This document shows, piece by piece, positions 25,732 through 41,136 of a stretch of DNA of 64,000 bases. Under the pieces are notes generated by a model. That model ran no database searches. It was not told the origin of the DNA and saw only the letters and a list, made by a program, of their open reading frames with translations. A program made the translations under genes and the position numbers. Numbering within the stretch: the first letter of the stretch is position 1; each line of letters starts with the position of its first letter. The DNA comes from Eledone cirrhosa. Its lineage: Eukaryota. The DNA is taken from positions 59,086,001 to 59,150,000 of the forward strand of contig OZ024745.1 in the NCBI GenBank assembly GCA_964016885.1, written 5' to 3'.

Positions 25732-25794
25732 GTATGTGTCTGCTGGCAGATACCCCCTTTTAACTAAGGACTGAGTGACACCAGCATTATCCTT

Positions 25795-25837
<43 letters not shown>

Positions 25838-26125
25838 TACTGGTAGATACCCTGTTTAATTATTGAGGTCCGAGTAGCTCCAGCCCTGTCACCCCTTAAA
25901 TATGTGTCTGTTAGCACACCTCTTTCAACTATTGAGGAGGCTTCAGTGGCTCCAGCATTGCTATCCTCTATTTGTTTCTGCTGACAGAGAGCCTGTTTAA
26001 TTATGGAGACCGGAGTGACTCCGACAATGTCACCTTCTATATATATATGTGTGTCTCCTGGCAGAGACACCTTTCAACTATTGAGGACTCGGTGGACATA
26101 GCAATATCATCCCCTATATATATAT
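25732..26125. repeat. Diverged tandem repeat of about 70 bp, 5 units
   Basis: Each unit is approximately TGTGTCTGCTGGCAGA.ACC..TTT.A.TA.TGAGGAC..AGTG.C.CCAGCA.T.TCA.CCCTATAT. Confidence 0.75.
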
Positions 26126-26129
26126 ATCA

Positions 26130-27572
26130 TCACCATTCCACGTCCGTTCTTCCACGCTAGCATGGGTTAGACGGGTTGTCCTGTTGTGGGCAGTGTCTGG
26201 TCGGCTGACCATGCCTTGCTCATACAGGAACTGATTTGGCTTGATTTCTACAGCTGGATGCCCTTCCTAACACCAACCTCATTTACAGTGAGTGCTGGGT
26301 GCTTTTCCGTGGCGCCTACACGTCCACTTTACAGTGTGGGCTGGGTGCTTTTTTGCCGTGGCACCTCCACGACCACCTTGCGGTGGGGGGTGTGCGGCAT
26401 ATTGTCTATATGCTTCAGCTTGTACCCATGGGAGGTCGGGTACTCTGTATTACTGCGTGACGCCAGAGGTCACGGTCGTGTGTCATTGCCTTTGAGAGGT
26501 GTAATTGGGTAAGGTCGGCTTTTATCACCTCATCCCAGGTCATCTTGGGTCTCCCCACTCCACGGTTTCCGTCGACTTCTAGTGCTCTGCACCTTTTTAT
26601 GCAGCTGTCATCCTTCATACGCATCACATGTCCATACCAGCGCAACCGCCTCTCCTGCACACAGCATTTGATTCCTCTTATGCTCAGTCTCTCTCTCAAT
26701 TCATTTATGCTTTGTCGTTCACGTATATTACTGTTACACATCCATCGGAGCATGCAGGCTTCGTTTCTCTCTAATCTACGTAAGTCTTCCACCTTCAGCG
26801 CCCAGGTCTCACTACCATGCAACATCGCTGTTCGGATACACGTATCATACAGTCTGCCTTTCATTCTGAGGGAGAAGCCTTTTGCAGCTAGCAGTGGTAG
26901 TAGTTCCCTAAACTTCTTCCATCCCGTTCTTACCCTAGTTAAAGTACTTTCTGAACACCCACCTCCACTTCTAATTCGGTCACCTAGGTAACAGAAGCTG
27001 TCTACTGTTTCTACAGAGCCCTCCCAGAGATTGGTGGTACTTCTTTCCTGTGGCTGTTTGCTGCTTGCTGTCCCAGCACAGCTGCTGCATGTGAAGCCTA
27101 CATTCTTAATTAAGCTTCCTGAGATCCTGCTACATCTCTTGTGTACCCATTGTTTGGATTTGGGGCAGAGAATGGAGTTCCTACCTACACCTTTCCTACA
27201 TACTGAGCAAGGCCATTTCCCTGAGGGGATTTGGGTTCTGTTTTCTCGTCTACTTACAAGGACCTTAGTCTTTGTCATGTTGACTTTGAGACCCTTTCTT
27301 TCTAGTCCCTGCTTCCAAGTTTGGAATTTATTCTCTAGTTCTACCATAGATTCAGCTATAAGTGCGAGGTCATCAGCATACAGGAGTTCCCATGGGCATC
27401 CTGTCTTAAACTCCTCCGTTATTGCCTGCAGGACTATGATGAATAGGAGAGGGCTAAGAACAGAGCCCTGGTGGACACCAACCTGTACGCTAAATTCCTC
27501 GCTATACTCATTGCTAATCCTAACTTTGCTGACTGCTCCCCTATACATGGCTTGTACAGCTTTCACAAGCCA
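26130..27572 (-). mobile_element. RTE (BovB-like) LINE, 5'-truncated, open RT ORF 26415-27566
   Basis: GVHQGSVLSPLLF, LLYADD, YLG, RRLRWYGHVMR and RGVGRPK.TW motifs; 3' UTR shared with the SINE tails. Confidence 0.93.
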
Positions 27573-27619
27573 TTAATATATATATAACACACACATATAT
27601 ATATATACACATACACATA

Positions 27620-27689
<70 letters not shown>

Positions 27690-27720
27690 CATATATATAT
27701 ACATATATATATATATATAC

Positions 27721-27769
<49 letters not shown>

Positions 27770-27866
27770 TATATATATGTATACACAGACATATATATAT
27801 ATATATATATATACAGACACACATATATATATATACAAATACATATACATATACATATATATATAC

Positions 27867-27919
<53 letters not shown>

Positions 27920-27920
27920 C

Positions 27921-27951
<31 letters not shown>

Positions 27952-27978
27952 GACACATACATATATATATATATATAT
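27573..27978. repeat. (TA)n/(CATA)n microsatellite
   Basis: Visible dinucleotide tract. Similar tracts at 11700-11990, 28595-28826, 35180-35352, 39840-40138, 44157-44240, 46250-46320 and 50495-50600. Confidence 0.95.
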
Positions 27979-28617
27979 TAGGAAGGGCATCCAACTGTAG
28001 AAAACCTGCCAGACAGTCCTATGCGAGCAAGACAATCACTCTTGCCTCAAGTGGGACTACCCCCGTCCAAACCCATGCAAGCGTGGAACACGGACGTTAA
28101 ACGTTGATGATGATGATGATATATACACACACACAAACATATATATATATATATATATATTTAAACAGTCATAGATACATATATGAGTGTAGGCTATATA
28201 TATCGGTCCAGTCTTCGCACAGGTGCACTTCCGTCCAGCCTTCACGCATGCGCACTTCCGTCTAGCTTTCGCGCATGCGCACTACGCTCCAGCATTCGAG
28301 CATGCGCACTTCGGTCCAGCCTTCGTACTCAATACATAGGTGTGTCCGTATTTGGTGTTATGCTAGGGTTGGTTTCCTTAATTTGTAATAATAATTGTTT
28401 CTACTTTTGGCACAAGGCCAGCAATTACCCAGTACATTACTGGTACTTTATTTTATCGACCCCGTAAGGATGAAAGGCAAAGTTGACCTCGGTGGGATTT
28501 GAACTCAGAATGCAAAGGGCCGTAACTCTATGCGTCAAAGCATGGCGTCCAACCCTCTACCGATACTGCCAATCCATATTAATAATAATATTCATATATA
28601 TACACACCCACACACAC

Positions 28618-28829
<212 letters not shown>

Positions 28830-28894
28830 ATAAGGACATATATATTTAAACATAGTTACAGATACATGAGTGTCGGCTATATATATATATTGGT

Positions 28895-29712
28895 GCAGCC
28901 TTCGCCCATGCACACTGCGGTCCAGCCATCGCATACGCGCACTACGGTCCAGTTTTGGGGCATGCGCACTTCCGTCCAGCCATGGCGCATGCGCACTTCC
29001 GTCCAGTCTTGGCGCATGCGCACTTCCGTCGAGCCATGGCGCATGCAGACTTCGGTTCAGCCTTGGCACATGTGCACTTCGGTTCAGCATTGGCACATGC
29101 GCACTTCCGCCCACCATTGGCGCATGCGCACTTCAGTCCAGCCATGGCGCATGCGCACTTCCGTCCAACCTTGGCGCATGTGCATTTCCGTCGAGCCATG
29201 GCGCATGCAGACTTCGGTTCAGCCTTGGCACATGTGCACTTCGGTCCAACCTTGGCGCATGTGCACTTCGGTCCAGCCTTGGTGCATGCACACTTCGGTC
29301 CAGCCTTGGTGCATGCACACTTCGGTCCAGCCTTGGCACATGTGCACTTCCGTCCAGCATTGGCGCATGCGCACTTCCGTCCAGTATTGGCGCATGCGCA
29401 CTTCCGTCCAGCCATGGCGGATGCACACTTCCATCCAGCCATGGCGCATGCGCACTTCCGTCCAGCCATGGCGGATGCACACTTCCATCCAGCCATGGCG
29501 CATGCACACTTCGGTTCAGCCTTGGCGCATGTGCACTTCAGTCCAGCCTTGGCGCATGTGCACTTCGGTCCAGCCTTGGCGCATGTGTACTTCGGTCCAG
29601 TCTTGGTGCATGTGCACTTCGGTCCAGCCTTGGCGCATGTGCACTTCGGTCCAGCCTTGGCGCATGTGCACTTCGGTCTAGTCTTGGTGCATGCGCACTT
29701 CAGTCCAGCCTT
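28895..29712. repeat. 27-bp GC-rich minisatellite (about 30 units)
   Basis: Unit approximately TTGGCGCATGYGCACTTCSGTCCAGCC; explains the 9-aa periodic ORFs in several frames. Confidence 0.95.
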
Positions 29713-29797
29713 CGTACTCAATACATAGGTGTGTCCGTTTAAGTATAGTATTTGGTGTTATGCTAGGGTTGGTTTCCTTCATAAGTAGAGTGTAATA

Positions 29798-29847
<50 letters not shown>

Positions 29848-30486
29848 TATATACATACACACACACACACACACATATATACACATACACACATATATAA
29901 AGTCATAAGGACATATATATATTTAAGCATAGTCACAGATACATATGCGTGTTGGCTATATATATATATATATATATATATTGGTCCCGCGTTCGCATAT
30001 GCGCACATTGCTCCAGCCTTCCAGTATTTGCACTTCGGTCCAGCTTTTGCCCAATTACGAAATACGTTTGTACATTAAATATTGATTTACGATCAAATCA
30101 AACAAACTTTTTGACTCTGAATTATAGAGCTACTTGGTGAGATACTTATGAATAATTGATTTTGATATGTCTCAATAAGGGACGAAACTATCGTAAATCA
30201 ATATTTAATGTAAAGACGTATTTGGTAATTACTTTAATGAATAATTTTCATCATGCGTGAATATTATTTTTAACACAAAAGGATTTTGTACACATACTTG
30301 TTTGAAAATTCTTTCAAAGACGTATGAAACGGCCTTTCGTACTGTTTATTATCATAAATTACTGTACTTTGAGCTGTTTTAACTTCTCCACCAACCTCCT
30401 TCCAATTTTCTATATTGTTTTTGTAAAAAACGATATTTTTTTTCATATATATATATATATATATGGGATATATATGTGTGTGTATG

Positions 30487-30519
<33 letters not shown>

Positions 30520-31499
30520 GGGGGGGGGGGAGAAATTCAGATGAAAATTATTTAGCTAAAACTAAACACTTCAAGCTTACATCAACAAACCAGATAATTT
30601 GGGGGTCAGACAAATTCGATTAATAACTGCACTCACTGCACACCCTTCACAAATAAACGTCTTGTTTGGGAGCCATGTATATCAACTTATTATAATCTTT
30701 TGTTTGTTTTATTTTATCCCACAACCTTTCACATATAACAGCACTCAGCAACATACTCAGTTCCTCTTCTATACCAAACACTAACTAATACAAGCCATTT
30801 AGGGACAGTCTATTGGGGACCACTGGGTCACTCAACCTCTTACTACCTTAGAAACTGACACATAGGATGATGAGCTCCACATACCCAGTTCTTTCTCTTC
30901 ACCAAACACTAAGTAATACAAGCTACTTAGGGACCATCTATTAGGATCACTCGAGCTTCGATACCTTAGAAAAGGATAAACTGGATGATGAGTTTCTAGG
31001 TTCCCTGCATAAAGGAAAAATATGAGCTGATTACAATTAGAATAGTTCTTGGTCATAGGTCTGCTGAATGAAGGTTGACCTATGGTTAAACACTAATAGC
31101 AACAACAAACAAGATATTCACACAACATGATAATATATAGATTTCTTTATTAGCCACAAGGGCGCAACAAGAAAAGGGGACAATACAAAGACATGCCGAG
31201 GATTTTACATACAGCCGTGTAAAAAATATAAAAACAAACAATTACAACAATCGAAATCCCCAATAGGGGGGAGGTGCCACAAATGGGTTGTTTAATACCC
31301 CGTCGATAGAACAACCCTCAACTCCAGGAGCGTGCTGTGCAAGTGCTCCTTTTTTCCTTTTGCTCTCTTCCTCAACCTACAGGCTTATAAACAGAGAAGG
31401 CCCAATCACTCAGGCCATTTTCGCTTCATTCACCCACCTTTCAGTAAATTTACTGGGGTGCAGTGCCTCTCATCACATATCATTTTGACTGTGTGTGTA

Positions 31500-31532
<33 letters not shown>

Positions 31533-31578
31533 TTTTTTTCACTTTGTTTACAGTGACCACACAGCCCACTACGTTTCT

Positions 31579-31618
<40 letters not shown>

Positions 31619-34600
31619 TATGTTGTTTAAGCCCATGGCTAGCCCAGCCATTGTCAAACACAGTTATGGTCATAAAAGCTCTTAGCACTTTAATCATAAC
31701 ATACCAACTAACTTCACTATTTGTCACTATCTGAAAAACATTATCATTTCATATATGTAGCTGATCTTTCGGATTTTATGAAGCACTGAGAGGAAAAAGT
31801 TAATATAAAGAGTAGCATTGCTCATGCATGGAGATGCTATAAAATAGCTTAAAGATGGAAAAAGAGGTTGCCATCATCCAATGGCAACAACTTTTCTTGT
31901 CTCTAAAGAGTCTTCAACATATTTTGTAGCACAACATTCTTTATATTAACTTTATCATTTTGCTTTTACAACAAAATATTTGCTGCAGAAATGAACTCCT
32001 GAGCTATGATTTTGTAATCAAATATTTTATCACCAGTAACCAAGCAGCTTATTCACCCACTGAATTACATACATTAATTCTTTATCCTGTACTACATGTA
32101 ACTGCATTAGCAAGGCATTCTTGAAAAGTTCAAAACAGTACTATGACTGCACAACATTATGTTCTATACTGCACATGTTTACAATGAGCTATCCACTAGT
32201 AAACATATTATAAACATTCTGATTTACAAACCTGTTTTTAGATATTTCTTGTTAAATCATGACAGGATGTTAAGAGTTAAATAAGTCACTCAGTCTGAAT
32301 AGCAAGGATTTCTTGAAATGCATCCCGTTAATAAATTAAAGTCTTTGCCCAATACTTCACTTTTTCACAATATATCCACTAGTAAAGATACTATAAGCAT
32401 CTGGATTCACAAAGATGTTTTTAGATATATTCTGTTAAATCATTGCCAGATGTTAAGAGTTAAATTAACTAGTCAGTCGGCAAACACACTACACCCAACA
32501 TTTTGATTACATCATTTAGAGAGAGAGGGGGGGGGGGGGGGGCTCTCAGTCTTTAGGGTCATGTACACACAACTGTGACACAGCCTATGGCAGCTGCTTG
32601 TTTCTCAGCAGAATAGACTTCAGTAATTGGTAATTGGATAATTAACTCAAGAGTGTCATTCATTACTATATATCTTAGATATTATATAACAATTAGAATA
32701 CCTGGTTTATTGTTTCATCACACACACACAGACAGACACACATACATACACATAAAATGGATTACATTATCAATAAAGGAACAGGAGAGATGCATCAGTC
32801 ATATCAATTTATGTAAATAAAGTATTTAAAAAAAACACAAAAAAGAAACAAAACAAAAAAAGAAAATTCCCCAACCAGTATGTCATCCTATTAGATTTCT
32901 TATATCTGCTACCAGTTGGTATGCTAAGGGTAGGGAAACCTTTTAGTAGCAAGGGAAAATTATAAGTGTGTATCTATGTTGGGGCACATCTATGCTGGAA
33001 GAAATAAATGTATTTTAATCCATTATTCAGTTTAACCCTTTAGCATTTACATTACTCTATATACACTTGTATTTTCACAGCAAAGGCTTTATCTCACATA
33101 ATATTGAATCTATGAGACTTTGAAGTTATTTATTTTGAGAACAATACCTTAACATCAGTATGAGCGGCCAGTTACAGCCAGTTTGAACAGAAAGAAGTGA
33201 AAGAATTCTGGCTGGATATGGCTGACTTTAGCAGAAACCACTCTGCTGCAAACATTTAAGCTACGTGTCTGGTTTGAAGATAGGTTTTTCCCTCCCTTCC
33301 TCCTTCTTGACTCAGAGACCCTGAAAGGGGGTCATGGGAACTGACTAAGCTATTAAAAAGAATCCCTAAGCATGCAAATTACATTGAATTATTGTTTTGG
33401 TCCTACTGTGGTTTTCAAATAGACTTTTAATGACTTTCTTATTGGGCAGTATCAAATTTGAATGTAGGCACAATTTTGCTTGTGATAGTAGAGATGATAT
33501 AATAGTATATTAAATATCAAATGATACATATTATGTATACATATAATATTTATTTATATTATATTATTTATTAGATATAAATTAACGATTTTATTTATTA
33601 TAATATTTACAATTTGCATGTAGGCAGGTCTCTCTGGAAATATGTTTGGGGGGTACGCTGAGGGTTTTATGTGGCTGTGAGTGGGGCGGTGGCCCAAAAG
33701 GTTTGAGAACCTCTGAGTTACACCATCATCACACATGAAGTTTTCTATCTTCTGCAGAGTCTACTTCAATATTTTTCCCATCCCTTTCTTTTTTCTGAAA
33801 CTCTCTCCTTATCCATATTTTTAGTTTCAGCTATTAACCTTTTAGAATTCAAATTGAACATCAATCACATAAACTGTCCTCAATTGACCCTTATTTTATT
33901 TTCCTCCCAAGCGTGGAGGCTAACCAGACTGGTGCTTACCCCAATTTCCTCAGTGTTAAGTGGCTGAGAGCATAAAACTCCCTCCTGGACATGATGCTAG
34001 TCCATTGTAGGGTTAATTCCTAGCTATTACTGGTACTCATTTTCAGCTAAGTGTACTGGAGCAACATGAGATGAAATGTTTTGCTTGTGAACACAATGTA
34101 CCACCCGGTCCAGGAATCAAACCCACGACATTATGATTGTAAGTTCAATACTCTAACCACTAGGCCACTTACCTTCATATTACCCCTATCTCCTAGTTGT
34201 AGTTATCTTTTATAGTATTAATTATTCCTATCAGCCTGTCTGAGAAGGCTAAATTATCACTACCTCTAGTTTAAGAGAGCTTTCAATTCTCAGCTAACTA
34301 ACAAAAGAAAGAATAACAATGAATACTGTTGTTGTTATTGTTAAATTTAAATTTCTAATCTAGAATGATATTGGTTAAACAGTTCATAATTGCAAATTTT
34401 CAGGCATTGTTGAAGCATGTTTTATTGTTTGTAACTGAGAGAAGGAAGTTTTTATGGTTCGCTGTCCCATTGTTAGCATCAAATTGTGAAATCATCCTGC
34501 AAATACAATATGTCCTTTGTCTAAAGGAAATGATACAATAACTGCAGCAGGTTTTGAACTTAGAATCACATCATTTGGTTCAGTAATTAAGTTTTTTCAC

Positions 34601-35181
34601 CTCTAAGTTAATTAATTTAAAAGGAAACTGTAAGCTTTCATTTTAATGATATTACTTTTTTTTTGTGTATCTCTATCATTATTTTCTCCATTTAACATAT
34701 CCAATCACCAAAATCTTAGTTTAGTTAACTTGGGTTTATCTAGTTTATATGCTTTGGTGATTGACTCACTGCCTTGCCATCTCAAACTAGTAAAGCGAGG
34801 AATTCCATTTTTTTTTAACCCTTTAGCATTACTCTATACTACTGTATTTTTGTAGTAAAGGCTTTATCTCACATAATATTGAATCTATGAGATTTGATAT
34901 TATTTATTTTGAGAACAATACCTTAACATAAGTATGAGCAGCTGGTTACAGCCAGCTTGAACAAAAAGAGGTGAGAGAATTCTGGCTGGATATGGTTGAT
35001 TTAAATGCTAAAGAGTTAAAATAAAATTTCCCCAGAGATAGATTAGCAAAATTTGATAAGCAGGGATATGGATGGAATAAGAGTGGGCAAGGGGGCGACA
35101 GCGATTTTTTGAGACCTGAGACTACATAATAGACAAAATGCAATAGAAATATTTTCACATGCACATATGAACACTTTTATG

Positions 35182-35225
<44 letters not shown>

Positions 35226-38200
35226 TATGTATATATATATATACGTGATGTGTGTGTATATACATATATATGTGTGTGTATATATATATATATATATGTG
35301 TATATATACATATATATGTGTATATATACATATATATGTGTGTGTATATATATTATGGTAAGGTTGGAAGAAATAGAACTACCAACTAAAAATAGAAAAT
35401 GGTAGCAGCAATATCATCAGTTTTATACCAATCTACCAGGTAGTAAGGTTTATTACAGAGTAAAATAAAACTGGTTTTATGTTGCTAATTATAACATCAT
35501 ACCTTGAATAACATATGACCATAGGTATAGATACACTAATATACAAATAGGACAGTGGAATGGTAGATAGAATAAAAACATTACCCTTACATTCATTGTT
35601 TTTATGTCTACTCTTCTATGCTGGCTAGCTTGGACACCTTTTTATGTTTTTTTTATTTTTTTAGATGATTTTTTTTCAATAGTGAGATGCCCTCTCCAAT
35701 ATCAACCCATAGTTTATACAACTGGCTCTCGTTGAGCTGGTTAGCTGTGGGATGTATTGTTTATGTGAGATATAAACAAATGTCTCCACTTGCTTTAAAT
35801 TATTTCAATGTGAAGATGTATGGAGAAAGAGAGAGAGATATATACACACTCACAACGAGTTTCATCAAAGTTTCTAGCTACCAAATTCACCAGCAAGGCT
35901 TAGGCCTAAGGCTATAGTAGGGGTCACATGTAAATGGAGCTGTGCAGTGGGATTTAACCTGACAAGAAATGGTTGTGAAGCAAACGTCTTAGCCCTAAAA
36001 CAAAGGGCCGAGAGGACTGTTCAGCTCTGCCAAAGACATGACAACCTCCTTAACATTATTGTTATGATTGGTGGATTGGCAATATTGGTACAGCATCAGA
36101 CACCATGCTGTGCAGCATAGAGTTATTGCCCTTTCCGTTCCGAATTCAAATCTCGCTGAGGTTAACTTTGCCTTTCATCCTTACTGGGTCAATAAAATAA
36201 AGCACCAGTAATGCACTGGATAATTGCTGGCCTTGTGCAGCGATGATGATGATGATATACCACGATAAAATACACTCAGTAGAGCGTGGGAACATATGTC
36301 AGGCCCCTGATCCACCTGTCAATCATACATAGGTTCTGCCTGAGTACTGACTTACCTGTGACATGTCCAACCCTATTATTAGCAAAGAAAACAGACGGTA
36401 GACATTGATGACACTGATCTATGCCTCAGTAATACTCAACAACCTTAAACAGTATAGCAATGATAATCATAATTACAAATAATTGTTTCTACTTTTGGCA
36501 CAAGGCCAGTAATTATACCAGTGTATTACTGGTACTTTATGATAATAAAGATATTCATAATATTACTTAATTCTAAACATTGTTGGTATATGAGAGAGTG
36601 ATGGGGTGGGGGACAGAATGTCATCAGGGTCTGGATAACAGGAGTTTGGAATAGCTTTAACCCTTTTGATACAAAACTAACTGAACCCCATTTCCTGACC
36701 CTACAATATAAAACTGTTTATCTTCATGTATTTATATTCATTTAAAAGCCTCGCAATCACAATTTTATCTAAGAACTTTTGATAAGTTATTCTCCAAATA
36801 CCAGCTTAATTAATACTAAGTTACTTACATTACTAAATCTCTCAAAATGTTTAATCATTTTCATAAATGGACTCATTCTCTCTTATACACACATATATAC
36901 ACCAGGTCCGAACACAAAAAGAACCAAACTCCCACTGCCACCGTCTCTCCCCATATTATTTGAAAATTATAGGCAGTCATTCATTATAAATATGGTAAAG
37001 AATGGGTTAAAAGTTACATAACCTCTTATAGATATAGATGGCATCTGTTCCTGCTAATCTTGCCTCTTGTGTCCTGCCTAAATTCTTTTGAAAAACCTAC
37101 CAAGAGATATCTGCATAGCTAATATTTTCTTACAATAACTTCATAAATGGATACAGATACTTTTGTAAATTGTTCAGTGTTTGAACTTTCAAACTCAAAA
37201 GAAACTAATACCTTTCTCAAGAATGCTGAAATTTACAGCCATATGCTTCTGGAGTTCTTCAGCATCATATCATATTATCCAAAGACCATATCTCTCTTCT
37301 TTGGCAATATTTGTACACTCAGGCATTTGCTTCCAATTCCATACATTATCCACTAGACTATTCTGTCTCTACAAAAACCCCCACTAATTTCACCCTGTAA
37401 GGTGGTACTGCTGATACCACGAACAATGCTCCCAGTATACATAGCAAAGAGGTTGGCATTAGGAAGGTCATCCAGTCATAGAAACCATGCCCAAATGGAA
37501 CATATGAGCACCTGACCTGTCTAACCCATTTCTACATTGAATGAACAACACACACACATAATAGAAACAGAAAATTAGAAATCAAAGAAATTTCTGTTAG
37601 TCTGCGTTCCACATTTGTAAAATAAGATAAATTCGTGAGGTCAGGAAAAGAGGTGAGATCTGACGTTTCTTATCTTATTTTACGAATTATACATTTTAGT
37701 TTCCAGTACATTACTCTTACTTGCTTTATTCATCAAACGAGAGCTGAATCAAGAGAATGTGAACTGGAAGTAGCAAGAACTAGGCATAACTAGGGGAAAT
37801 AGCGCCTATGGCAAGCAGTGAAATTGCGCCCCTGCCCAGCACTGTATTTTTACTTATGGGCTTAATAATTTATACAAATGGTTTAATGATCCAGCCACCA
37901 GAGACAGATCATATATCGAAAGGAGTTTTGTTTTTCACTCTCCGACGAGACTTTAATAGAACGTGCGCCAGGTCCAAATGGCGCCCATGGCACATACCAT
38001 ACTTGCCATACCTTAGTTTACGCCTCTGCTCACAATGATATAATACAATTAATGGTTACCTTGTATTTTGACTGCTTGAAACAATAGCCAAACCTCTTTC
38101 AAATCACACTTTATCATAATTTATAATATTCGCACAAGGTAAACAATTTGGGAGGAAGGAAAAAGTTAATTACATTGACCCCAACACTTGAGAAGTACTT

Positions 38201-38870
38201 TATTTTATCGACCCTGGAAGAATGAAAAATAAAACTGACATCGGCGGGAAAAGAGCAGGAACAAATACTATCACATGGCATTTGTCCAACGTTCGATCGA
38301 TTCTGCTAAGAAGATTTATTCAATATACAAAATCTCACAATGTCATGAAAGGCCATTGACATACAAAAATAATTGAGCAGTATCTAATAATAATAAAAAA
38401 AAACAACAAAAAAAAACACTACTAAAGGGAACAGAAAAGGAAGAAGAACAAAGAAAGATGGATCAAGCGGAGAAAAAAAGAGGGGGAGGGACAAATCCCT
38501 AAAAAGAGAGGATGGTTATGCTGGAATACCTTCGGGGTTGACCTTGGGCTAAACAACAAACCAACGAAGGAGCAGCAATGCGGTTGCTCCACATTCTAGA
38601 AATACAGTTAATCTGTCTGAAACCTTGAAAGGAAGAACGGAAGGATACGTAAAATAATTCTTTCTAACACTAGCACAAGGCCAGTAGTTAGGAGAAAGGA
38701 GGAAGTCGATTATATCAACCCCAGTACTCAACTGGTACTATATTTTATCGACTCCGGAAGGATGAAAAATAAAGTGATTTTATATAGTGTCTGGATAAAG
38801 TATGGGGTGGTCACGATTAAAATGTTGGTGCGATCAGTGTTAACCAAGGACTAAACAACAGCAGCTACTC

Positions 38871-38992
38871 GTTCACCACCTCCAACCTTGTCGCTTCAGC
38901 CACACACCCGGACTCCGCTGTCCGCAATGTAGGGGGAAGAGGAAGATCGTCAAATACAGAGGCTTGACCGACCGCTTCCTATTTGCAGCGGC
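38871..38992 (+). mobile_element. Short CRE LINE fragment
   Basis: FTTSNLVASATHPDSAVR../KIVKYRGLTDRFLF is homologous to FCSRNLVQSATDPGSAAHR..KLLKYRSLTDRF at 15.9 kb. Confidence 0.65.
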
Positions 38993-40761
38993 CTACTTTA
39001 GGAAGGAACCCCATGAAGTGGACTGACTGTAGCAGTGGGTTGTTTGAGGCACAGCTCCGACTGGGATGTGGTGTATGTCCTTCCCCTTCTTCCTTTCTTT
39101 TGTTGCTTGATCCTTCTTTCTTTTTCCTCCTTCCTTTTCTGTTCCCTTTAATAGTTCAATAGTGTGTTTCATTTAATAAAATTACGATATAAGGTTTTTA
39201 GATAATATAAACACTTTAAAACAGTTTTGTATCATAGGACATATTTAGTCCAGCTGTGTGTGATTGTAAACAGGTGACAATATTTAATAAAATTAAACTT
39301 AATTCTATCGTAAAAAGAAGTTGTAAACGAGATATAAACAACTAGACAGAGAGAAGCAGCCAAACAAGTGTCACAAATATTTAAAAAGCTAAAATTACAA
39401 AAGTAAAGAATGAAAAAAAAAATCAGAAAAATCCATTTGATATGTAACGACAGATTGTCGCATTTGGTGGTGAATTGATGGTTGTTTTTGTTTTTTTTTC
39501 TATCCTTTTTCTTTTTCTTTCGCTTTGATCATATATTTTTGTGTATTATATTTGTGAGGTTTATAGCAATAATTAACTGAATTTATAAAATAAAATATGA
39601 AAATTGAAGAAACGGATGTTTCACCACACCATTTAAGTGTGTGTTGACAATGTCCAACGAATGCAGACAGCAACAACGACGATAACAATAATAATACGAA
39701 ATAACCAACATAATTATTTCAATACGAGTAACTGTAAATAACTGACTGACATAACTCAGTTTCGTCGTTATGTAACACCGATGAATAACAACTATGTTGA
39801 CAAACAGAAACATTGCCTGCGCACCACACATGCACTACATAGAAACATACATATACACACATACATACATAGCTATATATACTCACGCACGCACATATTT
39901 TTACATATGCACACTCACACATATATATATATATATACTCACACGCACATATATATATACACACTCACATATATATATATATATATACACACTCACATAT
40001 ATATATACACACACACACACCCTCACACACATATATACACACGCTCACATACATATATATACACATATATACTCACACGCACATATATATACACACGCTC
40101 ACATATATACTCATACACACACACAATATATATATATGATGTGGGAAAGAGGGAGATAAGGTAAATCGTGGTAGAATTACTGCATTTCCTCACCTAATTA
40201 AAAAAACAGACGATGAAGAATTAACCTAATGTACTCCAGTTCTACTTTGAAAACAACAAAATAACAGGTGTCACGTTGCTCTCTACTGGAGTCTGAGTAA
40301 AACTAAATATATAGAATTATAAATATATAAAGAATTTTTCTACGACGTGTTTACATCTTCACGAGCGTCAATTAGATGATTATTACTTTCGTATCACACC
40401 TATTCTAAAGTAGAGACGCAAATACAAATACGAGCCAACAGAAGAAGCTTTTACGTGGTCGTTCGGCCTGCTAGAAATGATAGCCAAATTCCCCTCAAAT
40501 CACATTTTACTATATAATGACATGATACCGTTATATAATATAGTTTGTTGTACAGACCCTGAAAAGACGAAAATATCGTGGTTTGGAATGTCTTTGGTGA
40601 TAGCTCTGCTCAATCAGAAGTGGCTTTGTTGATAAACAAACGCGTATATACCATATACACAGACAATAGATATATGTGAAGGGGGGGGGGGGGGAGATAC
40701 GTGCACGCATGAATTCTGCTGTGGAAGCAAGAACAATGATTAAGGAAATTATCAGAAATGG

Positions 40762-41136
40762 GGCACTACCATGCTATTAGCTATCAGAAGTGAAAGTTTC
40801 GTCAACCTTCTCAATCGTAAACATCGTTTATTTCCGTATTACCACGCGTTATTTTAATAAAGCATATCGATGTAAGTGGAGTTACTTAAATGAAAATATA
40901 GGTGGCCCTTAAAAGGGCCAAATTAGAAAACAAATATATGATTATCACATTTTTTTCACCAACTCTATACATGAAATTGATAACTATGACTATGAAAATA
41001 TAAATGATTAAATCCTATTTATTTGATAACCACGACTTGTTTTCTAATTTGCTTTATTAAAATAACGCGTGGTAATACGGAAATAAACGATGTTTACGAA
41101 ACTTTCACTTCTGACAGCTAATAGCATGGTAGTGCC
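40762..41136. mobile_element. MITE with long TIRs and 8-bp TSD, Merlin-like
   Basis: GGCACTACC...GGTAGTGCC termini; arms about 40762-40864 and 41050-41136; TSD AGAAATGG at 40754-40761 and 41137-41144. Confidence 0.8.

Noticed and set aside
27541-28100. YI/CV/HT-rich ORFs (also at 11.7, 35.2, 39.8 and 50.4 kb)
   Set aside because: They are translations of dinucleotide microsatellites.
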